64,000 bases of DNA from an uncultured delta proteobacterium (GTDB lineage: Bacteria > Myxococcota > Myxococcia > Myxococcales > Myxococcaceae): positions 128,001 to 192,000 of the forward strand of contig CAVZMH010000015.1 of assembly GCA_963776345.1 (NCBI GenBank), given 5' to 3'. Positions 9,604-18,812 of this stretch are shown in pieces. The notes beneath the pieces were generated by a model, which was not told the DNA's origin, did no database searches, and worked only from the letters and a program-made list of their open reading frames with translations. The position numbers and the translations under genes were made by a program. Each line of letters opens with the position of its first letter. The stretch's first letter is position 1.

Positions 9604-10485
9604 ATGAATTGCATCGACCTCGACCCGCTCATCTATCCATACCTGGACGGCGAGCTCGACGAGGCGGAGCGCGGCCACGTCGAGACCCACGCCGCGGGCT
9701 GTGCGGTCTGCCGTGGCCGCCTCTCGCGCGAGGCGGCGTTCCAGGGCGCGCTGCGCCGGAGCGTGCAGCTCAGGACGCGGGCACCGGCGCCCGAGGCGCT
9801 CCGGGAGCTCCTCCGCGCCGGCATCCGGAAGGAGAATCGCCGGGTGCAGACGCTCTCCTGGCTCCGCTGGGGCACGGCGGCCCTCGTGGCCGCGACCGCG
9901 GGTGCCGTGGTGCTCGAGCTCCGGCCCGGCCACCGCGAGCAGATCCTCGAGGACGCCGCGCTCCGCTACCAGCGGCGGCTCCCCTTCGAGCTGACCGAGG
10001 CCAGCCGTGACGACGTCGAGCGCTGGTTCGGCGACAAGATGAGCGTGCGCGTTCCCTTGCCCCACCTCCCCGGGGCCACCATCGCCGGGGCGCGGCTGTC
10101 GAACCTCCGGGAGCATGACGCGGCGTACGTCGTCTACGTGCTGCCCACGTCGGCGCAGCGCGGCGGCCAGGACCGGAGGCTCGGGCTGTTCGTGCTCGAC
10201 GACCCCGAGCGGGAGATCCCCTCCGTCGCTGCCTGGCCCCAGGTGGGGGTGCGGAGCGTGCGCGGGTTCAACATCGCCAGCTGGCGCTCGGGTGGGCTGG
10301 TGTACGAGCTGGTCTCGGACATGGACGAGGCGGACCTGCGGCGCACGCTCCGTGAGATCGACCCCACCGGGGCGCCGCCCAGCCCGCCGCCCGAGGTGGT
10401 GGCGCCGGGACGCCCGCGGCCGATGCTCCCCGTGCCGCCGCGAAATCCCGCGCTCGAGCTGATCCCCGCCGGCTTCCAGAACTGA
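9604..10485 (+). CDS. Zinc-binding (ZAS, zf-HC2) transmembrane anti-sigma factor
   Basis: C at position 3, YLDGEL, HAAGCAVC (HxxxCxxC), one hydrophobic segment; directly downstream of the ECF sigma. Confidence 0.88.
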   Translation: MNCIDLDPLIYPYLDGELDEAERGHVETHAAGCAVCRGRLSREAAFQGALRRSVQLRTRAPAPEALRELLRAGIRKENRRVQTLSWLRWGTAALVAATAGAVVLELRPGHREQILEDAALRYQRRLPFELTEASRDDVERWFGDKMSVRVPLPHLPGATIAGARLSNLREHDAAYVVYVLPTSAQRGGQDRRLGLFVLDDPEREIPSVAAWPQVGVRSVRGFNIASWRSGGLVYELVSDMDEADLRRTLREIDPTGAPPSPPPEVVAPGRPRPMLPVPPRNPALELIPAGFQN

Positions 10486-10531
10486 CGTTTGCCCACCGTG
10501 GGGGCCTGGCCTTAGCCTGTTGGCTTCGCCG

Positions 10532-11956
10532 ATGCCCACCCACGTCCTGATCGTCGAGGGAGACACCGCCCTCTCGGGCCGCGTCCGCTCGGCCCTGGAG
10601 CAGCGCGGGCACACTGTCGAGGAGACCTCCGACGGGCGCGGCCTGGTCGATCTGGTGCGGCGCCGCCCGCCGGGCGCGGTGGTGCTCGCGGTGGAGCTGC
10701 CCGGTGGCCAGAACGGTTACCTCCTGGTCGGCAAGCTCAAGAAGGACGAGGCGCTCAAGTCCATCCCGGTCGTCATCGTGGGCAACCCCGAGGGCTTCGA
10801 GGCCCACCGCCGGCTGAAGAACCGGGCCGACGAGTACCTCGCCAAGCCGCTCGACGTCCCGGCGCTGGTCGCCGCGGTGGCCCGCCTCTCCGGCTCGTCG
10901 GAGGAGACGCCGCTGGTCCTCGAGGAGGAGGCCACCGTCTCCGGTGACCCGGACCTCGACCTCATCGACGCGGCGTTCGACGATGCGCCCGGGCCCGCTG
11001 CGGCCAGGCCCCCTTCCCCGTCCGCGGCCCGGCCCGCCGCCGCGAGCAGCGAGGACGACTTCTCCGGGCTCACCGCGGACGAGGAGGGACCGACCATGGT
11101 CCAGCTGGGGACCGCGGCCGTTCCCCCGCCCCCGCCGCCGGCGGACGAGTTCCCGTCCGAGGGCGACAAGATGGTCCTCGCTCCGGGCGACCTCACCGCG
11201 ATCGACGACGACCAGGCCCGGGCCTTCGCCGCCGAGGTGCAGGCGGCCCAGCAGGAGCTGGTCGAGGAGCCCTCGGGGCCGCGTGCCGAGGGGGGCGAGT
11301 CCGAGGAGCTGCTCCGGCTCCGCTCCGAGGTCCACGCCGCCGAGCAGCTGGTGGGCGATCTCCGGGACCAGCATGCCCAGGCGGAACAGCGCGAGCTGGA
11401 GCTGAAGTCCGAGCTCGCCCGGCGCGACGGGCAGCTGAAGGCGCTCCAGGGCCGGCTCGACCAGGCGGTCCAGGAGCGGCGGCGGCTCGAGCAGGCGCTG
11501 CAGGGCGGTGGACAGGCCGACGCGGACGAGGCCCGGCGCGCGCTCGAGGAGCAGCTCGCCGCGGCCCAGCGGGACCTCGAGCTGAACCGGGCCCACGCCG
11601 AGGGCGCCGAGCGGCAGCTCCAGGACCTCCAGGAGAGGGCCGAGGCCGCCGAGGCCGAGCTGGCCCGTGCCCGCGAGCAGCAGGAGACCGGGGGCGGGCC
11701 CGAGGAGGTCGAGTCGCTCCGGGCGCGGGTGGACGAGCTCGAGTCCGAGGCCCGGAAGAACCGCGAGCGCGTCACCCGGCTCTACGGCCGGCTCAAGGGC
11801 GAGGAGCGCGCCCGGGAGCAGGCCCGGAAGGCGGTGGCCGTCGCGGGGCAGCTCCTCGCCGAGCAGGGAGCCGCGCCGCTCGAGGGGGTGCCCGCCACGC
11901 TGGAGTCGATGGGCGACGAGCCCGATCCCGGGACCGACGAGCCCGCGGTGGCCTGA
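10532..11956 (+). CDS. frzS: FrzS-like pseudo-receiver / coiled-coil social motility protein
   Basis: N-terminus (VLIVEGDTALS...VVLAVELPGGQNGYLLVGKLKKD...GNPEGFEAHRRLKNRADEYLAKP) closely resembles the M. xanthus FrzS receiver as I recall it; Ala at the phospho-Asp position; Pro/acidic linker; long coiled coil; synteny. Confidence 0.85.
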   Translation: MPTHVLIVEGDTALSGRVRSALEQRGHTVEETSDGRGLVDLVRRRPPGAVVLAVELPGGQNGYLLVGKLKKDEALKSIPVVIVGNPEGFEAHRRLKNRADEYLAKPLDVPALVAAVARLSGSSEETPLVLEEEATVSGDPDLDLIDAAFDDAPGPAAARPPSPSAARPAAASSEDDFSGLTADEEGPTMVQLGTAAVPPPPPPADEFPSEGDKMVLAPGDLTAIDDDQARAFAAEVQAAQQELVEEPSGPRAEGGESEELLRLRSEVHAAEQLVGDLRDQHAQAEQRELELKSELARRDGQLKALQGRLDQAVQERRRLEQALQGGGQADADEARRALEEQLAAAQRDLELNRAHAEGAERQLQDLQERAEAAEAELARAREQQETGGGPEEVESLRARVDELESEARKNRERVTRLYGRLKGEERAREQARKAVAVAGQLLAEQGAAPLEGVPATLESMGDEPDPGTDEPAVA

Positions 11957-11963
11957 CCGAGGC

Positions 11964-13049
11964 CTACTTCGCCTCCTTCTTTGGCGCGTTCTTCTTGTCG
12001 ATCATCTTCCGCGCCAGCAGCTGCACGCCCGAGGGCACGTTCTTGTTTTTCGCCAGCTCGCGCACCTCGGACTCGCGGAGCTGGGCGAGGAACTTCATCG
12101 CCACCGGGAGCGGGACCTTGGGGTTCTTGGTGAGCGCGAGCTTCACCGGGTACATCTTCAGCCACTCCCGGTTGTTGAAGACCACCCGCAGCACGTCGTC
12201 CTGGGCCGCGCGGTTGTTGGCCACCGCCAGGATCTCCCCGTCGGTGATCTTCGGGCTCCGGATGACCGCCACCGAGACCAGCTTGTTGCTGTCACGGAGG
12301 AGGTAGCTCCGGGCCTCCTTGTTGCCCTTGGTGGCGAGCTTGATCTTCTCCGCGATGCTCATCTTCATGATCCGCTGCGCGAGGGTGATCCGCTTCCCCT
12401 CCTCCATCGGGGGGGCGTTCTCGTCCGCCAGCTCCTGGTACTCCTCGATGATCTCGTCGGCGGTGGGTCCCAGGTCCGGCGGCGCGACCTCGGCCTCCGG
12501 GCCGAAGATGCGCACCCGCGCCGCGCGGATCTGCGGGACGTCGGCCAGGATGAGGCCCGACCGGACGCAGAAGTCGCAGACACTGTCGATCAGCGCCGGC
12601 CCGCAGCTCGGGTTCGAGCACAGCTGACGGACGACTTCCTCGTGCCGGAGGAGGCGGAGCTGGTTCTGGCTGATGATCTCCGCCGTCCGCGCGCCGCAGT
12701 GCGAGGCCGCCCGGGCCACCGCGTCGTCCGGGGTGGAGGCGTTGAGGATCAGCATCTCGGCGTAGACGTCCTGCTTCGCCAGGCGGTCCAGGAACCAGCC
12801 CAGCACCGGAGGGTCCACCTCCTCGTCCCGGAGCGCTGAGCTGAGGATGCGGTCGGGCAGCTTGCCCGCCGACTCCAGCGCCGTGGTCCGCACCTTCTCG
12901 TCCGGATCCGAGGTGAGGATGTACAGCGCGGTGATCATGTCCGGGGGTGGCAGCGGGACCAGCGCCTTGGCGGCCATCAGCCGCATGGGAAGCGGAGCGG
13001 AGGGGTCGACGTGCTTCCTGACCGTGGCCGAGAGGTCAAGCGTGTCCAT
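11964..13049 (-). CDS. Conserved helical-repeat hypothetical protein (position matches recalled M. xanthus sgmO)
   Basis: Clean ORF with normal protein composition; [22 protein letters not shown]...NPKVP repeats; lies between frzS and coaX. Confidence 0.7.
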   Translation of the reverse strand: MDTLDLSATVRKHVDPSAPLPMRLMAAKALVPLPPPDMITALYILTSDPDEKVRTTALESAGKLPDRILSSALRDEEVDPPVLGWFLDRLAKQDVYAEMLILNASTPDDAVARAASHCGARTAEIISQNQLRLLRHEEVVRQLCSNPSCGPALIDSVCDFCVRSGLILADVPQIRAARVRIFGPEAEVAPPDLGPTADEIIEEYQELADENAPPMEEGKRITLAQRIMKMSIAEKIKLATKGNKEARSYLLRDSNKLVSVAVIRSPKITDGEILAVANNRAAQDDVLRVVFNNREWLKMYPVKLALTKNPKVPLPVAMKFLAQLRESEVRELAKNKNVPSGVQLLARKMIDKKNAPKKEAK

Positions 13050-13809
13050 GGTTCCGCTCGTGGATGATCCGTAGCCCTTCCAGGGTCAAGAACTCGTCCA
13101 CCTCCTGAATGGAGCGGGACTCGCCGGCGATGAGCCCGGCCAGGCCGCCGGTGGCCACCACTCGCACCGGGAAGCCCAGCTCGCGGGTCATGCGCTCGCA
13201 GATGCCATCCACCAGCCCCACGTAGCCGTAGACCAGGCCGGACTGCATCGAGTGCACGGTGTTCTTCCCCACCACCGCCGGCGGCCGGGCGAACTCGACC
13301 CGGGGCAGCTTGGCGGCGTTCTCGAAGAGCGCCTCCATGGAGATGGTGACCCCGGGGCAGATGCTCCCGCCCAGGTACTCGCCCTTCGGGGTGACCGCGT
13401 CGAAGGTGGTGGCGGTGCCGAAGTCCACCACGATGAGCCCGCCCCGGTGCTTCTCGTACGCGGCGACCGCGTTCACCACCCGGTCCGCTCCCACCTCACG
13501 GGGGTTGTCGTAGAGGATGGGCATCCCGGTCTTCACCCCGGGGCCCACGAAGAGCGGCGCCAGGGAGAAGTAGCGGCGGCTCATCTGCTCCAGCGAGAGC
13601 TCCATCGGCGGGACCACGCTGGACACCACCAGGGCTCGAATGCCCTCGGCAGGGATGCCGGCCCACTGGAGCACCTGGCGGATCCACAGCCCGTACTCGT
13701 CGGCGGTGCGGTGCGCATCGGTGGCCAGGCGCCAGTGGTCGACCAGGCGCGGGCCGTCGAAGACTCCGATCACGGTGTTGGTGTTGCCGACGTCGATGGT
13801 CAGGAGCAT
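13036..13809 (-). CDS. coaX: Type III pantothenate kinase
   Basis: [39 protein letters not shown]. Confidence 0.96.
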   Translation of the reverse strand: MLLTIDVGNTNTVIGVFDGPRLVDHWRLATDAHRTADEYGLWIRQVLQWAGIPAEGIRALVVSSVVPPMELSLEQMSRRYFSLAPLFVGPGVKTGMPILYDNPREVGADRVVNAVAAYEKHRGGLIVVDFGTATTFDAVTPKGEYLGGSICPGVTISMEALFENAAKLPRVEFARPPAVVGKNTVHSMQSGLVYGYVGLVDGICERMTRELGFPVRVVATGGLAGLIAGESRSIQEVDEFLTLEGLRIIHERNHGHA

Positions 13810-13821
13810 GGCGGTCGAGGG

Positions 13822-14838
13822 TCAGGAGACGGGTCGTACGCGGGGCCGGACCTGCTCCACGTCGCCGGCGAGCACCCGCTCCAGGCCGTCCTCGGTGCGT
13901 AGCAGCAATGCCCCATCCAGGTCGATGTCCTCGGCCACTCCGCGCAGCTCCCGGCGCTCGGCCTTCACCAGCACCTCGAGCCCGAGCGTGGACGAGAGCG
14001 CCCGCCACCGGGCCCGCACCGGTCCGAACCCCTCCTGCTCGTGGGTGTCCAGCCACTGCTCGAGCACCTTCATCAGCCGGGCGACGAAGGCGGCCCGGTT
14101 GACGCGGCCGCCGAGCACCCGCATCACGCTGGTCGCCAGCTCGGCGACGTCCGGCGGGAAGTCCGAGGGGCCGGCGTTGAGGTTGACCCCGATGCCCAGG
14201 ACGACGAAGTGCACGCGGTCCGCCTCGGCGGACAGCTCGGTCAGGATTCCCGCGATCTTCCGGCCGCCGACCTGCAGGTCGTTGGGCCACTTGATGCTCG
14301 CCTCCACGCCCTCGCCCCGCAGCCCCTCGGCGACGGCCACCGCAGCGAGCAGCGTCAGCTCCGGCGCACGCTGCGGCGGCAGCTCCGGCCGGAGCACCAG
14401 CGAGGCGTAGAGGTTCTTTCCCGGGGGCGAGGCCCAGGTCCGGCCGCGCCGGCCGCGCCCCGCGGTCTGCTGCTCCGCCACCACCAGCTCACCGTGCTCG
14501 GCGCCCTCCCCCGCCAGCCGGAACGCCAGCTCGCTGGTGCTGGGGATCGAGTCGAAGGCGTGGACCGTGCGGCCGAGATCGTGGGTCTCGAGCAGCGGGA
14601 GGATCTCCAGCGCGGTGAGCCGGTCCGGCACTCGGACCAGCCGGTACCCGCGCGAGGGCACGGCCTCGATGGCGTACCCGCGGTCGCGGAGCGCGTTCAC
14701 CACCTTCCAGACCGCGGTGCGCGACAACCCGAGCTTGCCGGAGAGCGCCTCGCCCGAGGCGAAGTCCGGACCTGACTCGAGCAGCATCTCCAGCACCAGC
14801 TGGATGTGCGTCGCGTCCTGGCGATCGGGGGGGACCAT
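13822..14838 (-). CDS. birA: Bifunctional biotin ligase / repressor
   Basis: N-terminal HTH SGEALS..LGLSRTAVWK; QTAGRGRRGRTW, KWPND, KIAGIL, GIGVN. Confidence 0.96.
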   Translation of the reverse strand: MVPPDRQDATHIQLVLEMLLESGPDFASGEALSGKLGLSRTAVWKVVNALRDRGYAIEAVPSRGYRLVRVPDRLTALEILPLLETHDLGRTVHAFDSIPSTSELAFRLAGEGAEHGELVVAEQQTAGRGRRGRTWASPPGKNLYASLVLRPELPPQRAPELTLLAAVAVAEGLRGEGVEASIKWPNDLQVGGRKIAGILTELSAEADRVHFVVLGIGVNLNAGPSDFPPDVAELATSVMRVLGGRVNRAAFVARLMKVLEQWLDTHEQEGFGPVRARWRALSSTLGLEVLVKAERRELRGVAEDIDLDGALLLRTEDGLERVLAGDVEQVRPRVRPVS

Positions 14839-14941
14839 CGGCTCGAGTCGGAGCCAGCGGAGACTACCACCCCCTGTCCGTCCTGAGCCTGGATGCGCGG
14901 AGCCGCTGCCCCGCTCGTCGGGCGTCCCCCTGGTGAGGGGG

Positions 14942-15550
14942 TCAGCGGACCGGCGCGACCTCGAAGGTGGTGAGCCGGAGCTCGGCGGTGGGAGCGGTGC
15001 GCTGCCCCTCCTCGAGCTCGGTCCGGACCCGGACGATGCCCACCCCCGCGGCGAAGGTGACCCGGTTCACCAGGATACGGGCGGCGTTCGCCGGGTCGGC
15101 GGCAGTGCGGCTCTCCACCTCGGCGCAGTCCGCGAAACGCCCGGCCGGGGCCTCGCAGGGCGTCTGGACCGAGAGCACGCGGTAGTGCTCGGCCGAGCCC
15201 GGGGCCACCACGCTGGTCCAGGTGGCGCCGGCGGTGAGCGGCTCGTGCAGGAGGTAACGGACCTGATCCCGCACACCCTCCCGGTCCACCCTGAGCGCCC
15301 GGCCGTCGCGGTCCACGTAGCTCCCGTCCCGGAAGGCCACCAGCTCGACCCGTCGCGTCGAGCGCTCGCCGAGGTACGTGGCCTCGTAGGTCCATTGGTT
15401 GCCCACGGCCAGCGGGAAGTAGCGGGCCGACTCGGGCAACCGACCGGCGGGAGCGGTGGCCGCGGGCGCCGCTGGCGACGCAGGGGCGGCGGCCTCGTGC
15501 GCGCATCCGAGGACCCCGAGGGCGAGCGCCGCCCAGTGGCGCACCCTCAC
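14942..15550 (-). CDS. Putative lipoprotein, unknown function
   Basis: Signal peptide with lipobox VLGC; YFPLAVGNQWTY...PAGRF.DC...GVGIV pattern of beta-sheet lipoproteins; GTGA overlap with the upstream gene. Confidence 0.75.
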   Translation of the reverse strand: MRVRHWAALALGVLGCAHEAAAPASPAAPAATAPAGRLPESARYFPLAVGNQWTYEATYLGERSTRRVELVAFRDGSYVDRDGRALRVDREGVRDQVRYLLHEPLTAGATWTSVVAPGSAEHYRVLSVQTPCEAPAGRFADCAEVESRTAADPANAARILVNRVTFAAGVGIVRVRTELEEGQRTAPTAELRLTTFEVAPVR

Positions 15551-16467
15551 CGCGGGTGCTCCCCGGGCGCGAGGCTCGCGTTCCGTGGGTCCCGGATCTG
15601 CGGACGGCCGTGCCGGGTCATCTCCTCGAGCGCCTGCTTGGCAGCGTCGCGGACCACCGGCTGATCGTGCCCCTGGGACATCGTGTACAGGTACGCCTCG
15701 GCCTCATCTCCACCGATGGCGCCGAGCGCATAGACCAGCTCGCGCAGGAAGCCCGGGTCCTTGCCCCGGCTGATCTCGATCAGCTCGGGCACGGCCTCCC
15801 GGGCCTGCAGCTCGACCAGGCCGCCGATGGCCCGGCGGACCTCCAGCGGGTCGTCGCCCTTGAGCCGCTCCACCAGGGCGGGGATGGCGGCCCGGTTCCG
15901 CCGCGCCACGAGCGCCGAGGTCGCGGCGTCGCGGATCAACGGATCGCGCGAGCGGAGGTCCTTCACCAGCCGGGCGTCATCGCGGCCACGGGCATCGAGC
16001 TGCACCCGCGCCTCCTTCACCAGCCGGTCCAGCACCTGGTCCAGGGCCCGGCGCGCGGCCTCCTGGCGGCCCTCGAGCGCCTCTCCCTCCACGGGCTGGC
16101 TGCGCGTGGCCTGCAGCGCGATCCGCTCCACGCCGTCTTCCGTGCTGCGGCGGATGCCGAGCGAGGCGGTCACCTCCTCGACCGCAGGGAGGCCGGAGCC
16201 GTTGGCCTGCTCCTGGACCGCGTCCACCTCGAGCGTGATGCGCACCGCCCCGTCGACCCCGCGCTTTCCAGGGTCGAGGAGCTTGAACCCGCGGTCCGGG
16301 ACGAGGCGCGCCGAGAGCTCCGTCTGCGCCTGCGCCGGGGTGAGGGCGAGGACCTGGGCCTCGGCGAGCGAGGCGGCCACCACCTCCACCCGCTCGACCG
16401 GGTGCGGCGGCAGCTTGCACCCGGCAAGCAGCACCAGCCCGGCGGCGACGGAGGCCTTCCTCAGCAC
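15547..16467 (-). CDS. HEAT-repeat lipoprotein
   Basis: GTG start, LRKASVAAGLVLLAGC lipobox; C-terminal HEAT-like repeats (AIPALVERL, VRRAIGGL, AVPELI, YALGAIGG). Confidence 0.75.
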   Translation of the reverse strand: MLRKASVAAGLVLLAGCKLPPHPVERVEVVAASLAEAQVLALTPAQAQTELSARLVPDRGFKLLDPGKRGVDGAVRITLEVDAVQEQANGSGLPAVEEVTASLGIRRSTEDGVERIALQATRSQPVEGEALEGRQEAARRALDQVLDRLVKEARVQLDARGRDDARLVKDLRSRDPLIRDAATSALVARRNRAAIPALVERLKGDDPLEVRRAIGGLVELQAREAVPELIEISRGKDPGFLRELVYALGAIGGDEAEAYLYTMSQGHDQPVVRDAAKQALEEMTRHGRPQIRDPRNASLAPGEHPR

Positions 16468-16525
16468 ACACGGGACTCTAACAAGGGGGCCGGGTCCCCG
16501 GCTGCGCCGTCCGCTGCCTCCGGGG

Positions 16526-18236
16526 TCACCCGTCCTGGGAGGACTGCCCACCGGCCGACGGTGGCTCGGACGGGGCAGTCGCCTCGGAGCGCTCGGGGCC
16601 CGGTGCAGCCGCCTCCTGGCCGCCCGGGGCGGCGCCGGAGGCTGCTGCCCCCTCCGCTGCCGGGCCACCGGGAGCTCCCGGAGCGCCCTCGACACGGCCG
16701 CGACCCCGCCGGCCACGACGCCGGCGCCGGCGCCGCTTCCGCTCGCCGGCTCCGGGTTCGCCCGGTACGCCCTCGGCGGCAGGCGTCGCGGCGCCCTCGG
16801 GTCCGGTCTCCTCGGGGCCCTCGTCCTCGCCCTCGTCCTCCTCGTCCGCTTCGTCCTCGGCGGAGAGGGGCTCGACGGCCTCGGGCGGCTCGATCGGTTC
16901 GGGACGCTCCGCGCGCTCGGCGTGGTCGCGCTCCCGGTGTCGCTCCTGTCGCTTTCGGCGCGACTCCTCCGCGCCCCGGGCGGCATCCTCGAAGAAGGCC
17001 GGATCGAGCTCGAACAGCTCGAGCGACACCACCCGGACGCCGCTGTGGGACTCGAGGAACTTCTCGGCGAGGCCCTCGCCGGCCCAGACGTGGACCGGCG
17101 CGCCCCCGGAGAGGGCCTCGGACCGGGCGTCGCTCCGGAGCTCGCCGCTGGCGAGCAGCAGCACCAGGTGCGCCGACTGGGATGCGAGAATCTCGGCGGC
17201 AGTCCTGGATGGTGCGGCGGTCCACCGGCCCGTTGCCCCGGTGGATGCGGATGGCCCAGCGTAGCTCGAGGCTTCCGTCCTTGCGCCGCGCGGTGAGCAG
17301 CGGCCCGTGGTTGCTGCGCTTGGCGACCTTGATCTCCCGGAAGTGGAGCGCGTGGAGCATCCGGACGCAGGCCTTCTCCAGTGTGCCGGACTCGAGCGAC
17401 GCCAGGTGCGAGCGGAGCGCGCGGGCCATCGCCCGCCGGGCCTCCTTGACCGCGCTCTTGGCCGCGTGGACCAGCGTGTCGTCCGCCATCGCCTCCGGCG
17501 CCGGCGCCGGCGGCAGCGCGTGGCGCAAGGCGATGCGGCCGTCGGTGAACGGCAGGTCGAGGGCCCTGGCGAACGCGGCCTGGACCTCGGCGACGGGCGC
17601 GTCGTCGCGCTCCAGCATCAGCGCGCCGGTCGAGTCGAGGGCGAAGCTCGGCCGGCGCCCGGCGTCGATGCGCCGCTGGTTCTCCTCGGCGAGACTGGTG
17701 AGGAGCGCCTCGGGCTGGAGCTCGTCAGAGGCGAGCCGCCGCTCCCGGGCCAGCCGGAGCACCTCGGAGGGGGCGAGCGGGGACTCGGCCTCCCCGAGCA
17801 GCTCGAAGGCCACCTCGGGGATGGGCGGGAACTTCCGCTTCTTGCCCCGCTCCTCCTCCTCGTGCCGGCGTCGGCGCTCCTGCCGGCCGGCGCCACGCAC
17901 GTTCTCGTTGCGCGGCTCGGGGTGGCGCTCGACGGGGCGGAGCGGAGCAAGGCCCTCCTCGGGGTGCTCGTAGGGAGCGGACATCGCCTCCAGCGCGGCG
18001 GCGTCCTCGGGCAGTCCCCAGGCGGTGAGGGCAAAGGTGTCGGGAGCGGTGACGGTGACCTGGCGGTCGCGGGCGCGCCGGGCCATCGCCGCCAGACGGG
18101 AGAGCATCGTCTGTTCAGGCGTCTTCCCGACGTGGCTGAGGAGGCCCTGGGCGATCGACCGCTCGGTGATCTCGGCCGAGGTGAGCGGTTGGCCAGCGGC
18201 CTCCAGGACCCGGAGCGCGGCCTCGTAGAATGTCAT
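16526..18236 (-). CDS. Tandem HARE-HTH + Mrr-like (apparently inactive) domain protein with acidic/Arg-rich tail; one +1 indel near 17190
   Basis: [12 protein letters not shown]...[11 protein letters not shown] (HARE-HTH). The span is 1711 nt = 570 codons + 1; removing one base from GATTCTC (minus strand, about 17190) joins the two ORFs as [22 protein letters not shown]. Confidence 0.78.
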
Positions 18237-18748
18237 GTGGGCGCGGGAAGGTAGCGGGCCGGGTGTTCCCGGTCAATCTCGCGGCGCGCCAGTCGCCGAG
18301 CGCCTCGCTCCCACCTCCCGCTCGAGGAGACGGGCGAGCACGCCCGCGAGAAGAGTGTCTCGAGAAGATCCGGTTCGGATTCCTCCCCGTCGGCCTCGTC
18401 CGCACGAGGGACATCGGGCAGCGACTCGACGACGGCAGACCGGAGACGCTTGGACTCGGAGCCGAGAGTGTCGATCGCGTTCTGGATGGATGACGGCAGC
18501 CGCCCACGCGCCCGCTTCGACAGATCCGCGAACCTCGCGAGCGTGCGCTCCTGGTCTTCAAGAAGGACGAGCAGGATCCGCCGGAGGTCGTCCGACTCCC
18601 AGTCGGCCGCTTCGGTGATGATGTCATTGCACAGCCCGACGCACTCGTCACAGATGTAGACCGTCGGGCCGGCGATCAGCCCCTTCACCTTGCGCTGGCT
18701 CTTCCCGCAGAACGAGCAAATCAGGTTGACGGTGTGTTTCTTCTTCAT
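18233..18748 (-). CDS. Stand-alone ClpX C4-type zinc finger protein
   Basis: [44 protein letters not shown] followed by a helical region; no ATPase motifs. Confidence 0.82.
   Translation of the reverse strand: MKKKHTVNLICSFCGKSQRKVKGLIAGPTVYICDECVGLCNDIITEAADWESDDLRRILLVLLEDQERTLARFADLSKRARGRLPSSIQNAIDTLGSESKRLRSAVVESLPDVPRADEADGEESEPDLLETLFSRACSPVSSSGRWERGARRLARREIDREHPARYLPAPT
18248..18276 (-). promoter_or_regulatory. Sigma70-type promoter of the HARE-HTH gene
   Basis: TTGACC-N17-TACCTT, ending 11 nt before the ATG at 18236. Confidence 0.55.
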
Positions 18749-18812
18749 GCGGGCTCCGCGGGACTGGAGCTTGCAGGGCGGCACCGCCCGTGCAAAGCAC
18801 CGCCACTCTCGC

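Noticed and set aside
16526..18748. An active Mrr-type restriction or anti-phage system
   Set aside because: Nuclease catalytic residues are not recognisable, there is no methyltransferase or other defence gene nearby, and the context is housekeeping.
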